From contig JASFYF010000001.1 in the NCBI GenBank assembly GCA_030055465.1, forward strand, positions 764,526 to 828,525: a stretch of 64,000 nucleotides of DNA. Direction: 5' to 3'. The DNA comes from Candidatus Nezhaarchaeota archaeon (GTDB lineage: Archaea > Thermoproteota > Methanomethylicia > Nezhaarchaeales > WYZ-LMO8). This document shows positions 60,498 to 64,000 of this stretch, piece by piece. The notes under the pieces are model-generated. The model had not been told where the DNA came from. It did no database searches and saw only the letters and a program-made list of their open reading frames with translations. Position 1 is the first letter of the stretch, and the number at the start of each line of letters is the position of its first letter. A program made the position numbers and the translations under genes.

Positions 60498-62110
60498 GGA
60501 GCCCCTACGTCGCCCTAGTCTTCCTCGCAGCCTTCGCCTTAAGGGTCTGCCCGGCCATACTCAGCGAGATGCCCTTCTCGACGGATGCGTGGAGCCCAAT
60601 AAGGAACACCATGGCCCTGTTGGATAACACCCCCATACCCCTGGGCGATGACGACGTGTTCGACGGCTACAACAACTACTGGCCCGCAAACAGCCTCTTC
60701 GGAGCCGTGTTCACCCAAATCGTTGGTCTAAGCCCCCTAAGCTCCATGAGCCTCGCGGTTCCCCTCGCTGGAGCACTTGCAATACCGATATTCTACGCAC
60801 TAGCCTCAAGGCTCCTGGGGGACAGCCGGAGGGCCCTAGCAGCTTCAATCCTCCTCTCCTTGGCTTACCCGTACGCTCTGTTCACCTCCGGGGTCACCAA
60901 GGAGACCTACGCCGCCCCCCTCCTCATGCTCCTCCTCTTCGTCTTCTTGGCGTGCAGCCTCAACTTGAAGTCCCTACTCATCTTCTCGTTGTCGTCGATC
61001 GCTCTGGTGGCCTCGCACCACTTAACCTCAGCTGTGGCCGCGGCGGTCATGGCGGCTTCTGCCCTAGCGGCATCGATTGAAAGGTTCAGGAGGGGCCTTG
61101 GAGCGGACCAGGCTAAGACGGCCTTCACCGTTGCCTTTGCGCTTGCAGCTGCCGCCTACCTGGCGGCCTACGCCGGCCGGGGCCTCAGGCTTCAATTGAC
61201 GTTCAACGACCTGCTCTCGGTAGCATCCTACCAGGCGGTGGCCTTCGCCTTTACGCTGCACGCGTCGTCCAACACTCGGAGGTCATCCAACGCGAGGAAG
61301 ATCGCCGTGTGCTTCATATCAACACTGTTGGTTTTGGCGTCCGCAATCGCGTGCACCGCAACCGCCATTACGCCCAGCGCGCCGGTGCTGCCGAGGCACT
61401 ACCTCCTCTACGCAGCGCACTTCGCGTTGCTCTCCCCGCTGGCCGCCTCAGGCTTCTACGCGCTGCGCAGCCGCCTCGGCGAGGATAGGCTGATTCCCCT
61501 CTTTTGGTTATCGGCGGTTTTAGCCGTGGAAGCCTACGCCGTCTTCGGGGATTCACCGCTTGGCTCAACCCTAGCCTACAGATCCATAAACTTCCTATGT
61601 GCACCACTCTGCATCCTGTGCGCAGCGGGGCTGCCGAGCTTCAAGTCGGCCCGCTGCAAGCACCTCGGAAAGGCCGTTGGAGCCGCGGCGCTCCTAGCCT
61701 TGACGGCCGCAGCAGCGTTAAGCCTCTACGGCTTCTACTCCTCCGTGGCGCTGCAGGAACGATACATGGGCTACTTCTGGCTCTACGAGGTGCCCGAGTT
61801 CAAGGCCGCCGAGTGGCTTTCGGCTTTGGGCTCAGGCGTAACGGTCCACGGAGACGTGAAGATGGAGTACCTGTTCCGAGACTACTTCAAGGTGAACTTC
61901 AACGTGTTGGGGTGCTTAAGGTACCTGACGGGCGAAGGAGCGGAGCCAGGCCTGTTCGTTGTCTACAGGCAGATGCTGAAAAACAGCTTCGTCCTTTATG
62001 GAGGCTACAGCGTAGACCTGCCCGGCGGGTGGGCTGGAAGGCTTGAAGCCCTCAACCTAGTTTACTCAAGCTCGGCAGTGAAGGCCTACTGGAGCAGCCG
62101 CGAAGTATGA
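60494..62110 (+). CDS. Polytopic membrane protein (DUF2206/GT-C-like)
   Basis: PFSTDAW, YNNYWP, KETYA, SHHLT, EFKAAEWL, VYSS; ATGA overlap with the permease. Confidence 0.7.
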   Translation: MRSPYVALVFLAAFALRVCPAILSEMPFSTDAWSPIRNTMALLDNTPIPLGDDDVFDGYNNYWPANSLFGAVFTQIVGLSPLSSMSLAVPLAGALAIPIFYALASRLLGDSRRALAASILLSLAYPYALFTSGVTKETYAAPLLMLLLFVFLACSLNLKSLLIFSLSSIALVASHHLTSAVAAAVMAASALAASIERFRRGLGADQAKTAFTVAFALAAAAYLAAYAGRGLRLQLTFNDLLSVASYQAVAFAFTLHASSNTRRSSNARKIAVCFISTLLVLASAIACTATAITPSAPVLPRHYLLYAAHFALLSPLAASGFYALRSRLGEDRLIPLFWLSAVLAVEAYAVFGDSPLGSTLAYRSINFLCAPLCILCAAGLPSFKSARCKHLGKAVGAAALLALTAAAALSLYGFYSSVALQERYMGYFWLYEVPEFKAAEWLSALGSGVTVHGDVKMEYLFRDYFKVNFNVLGCLRYLTGEGAEPGLFVVYRQMLKNSFVLYGGYSVDLPGGWAGRLEALNLVYSSSAVKAYWSSREV

Positions 62111-62144
62111 GGCCCCCTGCTTGGAGACCTCTGGGGTGCGTGGC

Positions 62145-62579
62145 TCAGCCAGCACCCCCCTGATGCAACCTGAACAGCTTAACCACAACCGCGTAGACGT
62201 GCTCCGCCTGCCTCAACGCCTCCTCGGCGTCCTCTTTATCGTATATCTCCTCCGGCGGCATTCCAGTCTCTTCGTCTCCGTACATTGAGGGCTCCCTTTC
62301 CCTGCGAAGCCTCCTAGATATCTTCGCTAGCGCCTTCACCTCGCGCTGGAACCATTCTGGGAAGCTCCCAGACTCTCTGGCTAGCAGAGGTCCAACGTCA
62401 TGCCACTTTGGGGGTTCCACGCCTACAAGCCTCAAGGCCGCTTTCAACAGCATCTCCACGGCCTCTTGGCATTGCCTAACCGTGTACGGGTAGCTTCCCC
62501 TCTCCACGGCCTCCCTAGCGTGGTGCAGCCTCTCCTCGGCCTGCCTGATGTAGGACCTAGCCATCTCGACGTTGTTCAA
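62145..62579 (-). CDS. HEPN domain protein (MNT-HEPN pair)
   Basis: CQEAVEMLLKAAL, PPKWHDV, REPSMYG; TTG start overlaps the MNT stop. Confidence 0.9.
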   Translation of the reverse strand: MNNVEMARSYIRQAEERLHHAREAVERGSYPYTVRQCQEAVEMLLKAALRLVGVEPPKWHDVGPLLARESGSFPEWFQREVKALAKISRRLRREREPSMYGDEETGMPPEEIYDKEDAEEALRQAEHVYAVVVKLFRLHQGGAG

Positions 62580-63088
62580 ACCTCGATCACCTCCCCAAAC
62601 TTGTAATCCCGCTTCAACCTCCAGTACCATCGCTTGCCCAATCTAACCCTCTCAGCGCCCAGGTCCCTCAGCCTGCCCCTAAGCCTATCGAGGACACCCC
62701 TGAAGAACCCATCCTTATCGTGAAGTATCACTGCGTCTTCAACCATGTCGAGGTATACTGGAGAGAAGACCGCGGCCTCCCCCGGAGTCTTAATTATCGG
62801 CGAGAAATCCACGTTGTAGCCCTCGGCCCTCAGCTTCTCCACCTCTGCTTGAACCCCCTCCTCAACCTCCATGAATAGCTCCTGCCTCCTAAGCCTGCTC
62901 CGAGGCAAGCCGTCCACAACCAAGAGCAGGTCTACGTCGCTGTCCCTCTCGGCTTCACCCCTTGCGACTGAGCCGTAGACCACGAAGGACACCAGCTTCT
63001 CGCCTAACACTTCAAGGGCGCGCTCCAATAGCTTAGAGAGCAGCGCCGCGTAGGGTTCAGGGAGGCTTCTGCTAAGGTTGGGCATCAC
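62576..63088 (-). CDS. Minimal nucleotidyltransferase (MNT)
   Basis: VVYGSVARGEAERDSDVDLL. Confidence 0.92.
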   Translation of the reverse strand: MMPNLSRSLPEPYAALLSKLLERALEVLGEKLVSFVVYGSVARGEAERDSDVDLLLVVDGLPRSRLRRQELFMEVEEGVQAEVEKLRAEGYNVDFSPIIKTPGEAAVFSPVYLDMVEDAVILHDKDGFFRGVLDRLRGRLRDLGAERVRLGKRWYWRLKRDYKFGEVIEV

Positions 63089-63342
63089 ATAACGTGTGCT
63101 CTACAATCCTTATAACGTTTAAGCGGCGGCGGGGGACTACCCACGACTGAAGGCGACGCGCCCTCTAAGCTCAACCTAGCCCCCTACTGATCGATTCATC
63201 GTTGAGCCTCGCAGTCCAAAAAGGCACCCCTCACCGGAGGCAAAACGTTCGAAATAAAAATGCTGGACCCCGTAAAGTTGGGGTAGCGCCGCGGCAACCC
63301 GATGAACACCGTGGAATTGGTTTTTCTCATTGGAGAGGAGCG

Positions 63343-63999
63343 TTACTGATCCCTCAGCGCTCCGCCCTCCGCATCTCTGCAGGTTTTAAGCGGAGAGGCG
63401 AACCAGACCACCCTCTGCGGGAATGGTATCTCTATGCCGGCTTCGTCCAGTGCTTCCTTCACGAGCCTCGCGATGTTGCTGTAAAGGGTGAACCACGTGC
63501 TTCCCGGGGTCCAAGCCCTGACCTCCAACACGACGCCGTCGTTCGCGAACTCCTTCGCGAAGGCCGTGGGCTCCGGCTCCTCCAGCACGTACCACTGTCC
63601 CTTAAGCTTGGAGAGTATCGCGTCGACTGCTTTACGTATGCTTGCTGAGTACGGTATCTGGACGTTGACCCTTACAAGCCGAACGATCGAGGCGGAGTAG
63701 TTCCTGAAGCTGCTGTTGAAGAGCTCCGAGCTGGGGATGCGGACCTTAACGCCCTCCCACGTGACAATGGTTGTTGAGAGAACCCCTATGTCGGCTACGG
63801 CCCCTACCACGTCGCCTACGTGGATGAAGTCGCCTATCTTGAACGGTCTCTCGAATATCAGCAGAATTCCGGATATGAGGTTTGACACTGAGGCCTGCGC
63901 GGCGAAGCCTATTACGATACCGATTATTCCTCCTGCGACCAAGGCGCTTGTGAGGTCGACTCCGGCCGACGTGAGCGCTATTATGACCGCCAAGATCAA
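63343..63999 (-). CDS. mscS: Small-conductance mechanosensitive channel, 5'-truncated by the window edge
   Basis: GIVIGFAAQ..SNLISG..ERPFKIGD, IPSS, GIEIPFPQR. Confidence 0.92.
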   Translation of the reverse strand: MILAVIIALTSAGVDLTSALVAGGIIGIVIGFAAQASVSNLISGILLIFERPFKIGDFIHVGDVVGAVADIGVLSTTIVTWEGVKVRIPSSELFNSSFRNYSASIVRLVRVNVQIPYSASIRKAVDAILSKLKGQWYVLEEPEPTAFAKEFANDGVVLEVRAWTPGSTWFTLYSNIARLVKEALDEAGIEIPFPQRVVWFASPLKTCRDAEGGALRDQ

Positions 64000-64000
64000 T

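Overview
Archaeal DNA, most likely a high-GC Thermoproteota-type lineage. This is inferred from AGG-rich codons, TATA-like promoters, deoxyhypusine synthase, archaeal ATPases, DUF3782, VapBC and MNT-HEPN. Nearly the whole window concerns the cell surface and glycans. (1) 1-11.8 kb is an intact GC-rich operon joining a MoxR AAA+/DUF58/DUF4350/DUF4129 module to glycosylation genes: a YdjM-GT2 fusion, a GT-C-like membrane protein, a DUF1616 protein with reversed domain order, and an epimerase. (2) About 11.8-42.4 kb is a lower-GC, layered and decaying glycan island. It holds wecB, GT2/GT4 genes, four SAM methyltransferases, epimerases, a broken flippase, toxin-antitoxin pairs, archaeal ATPases and three TnpB elements. 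One TnpB element is inserted cleanly at TGGG in a membrane pyrophosphatase pseudogene. (3) 42.4-64 kb is GC-rich again: DPM-synthase-GtrA, a GT87-like protein, ATP-grasp, a deacetylase, GT2s, MacB/FtsX ABC parts, a class III aminotransferase plus enamidase-like gene divergent from dhs, MNT-HEPN and mscS. No rRNA, tRNA or CRISPR array was recognised. All family calls come from motif recognition by eye, not from database searches.
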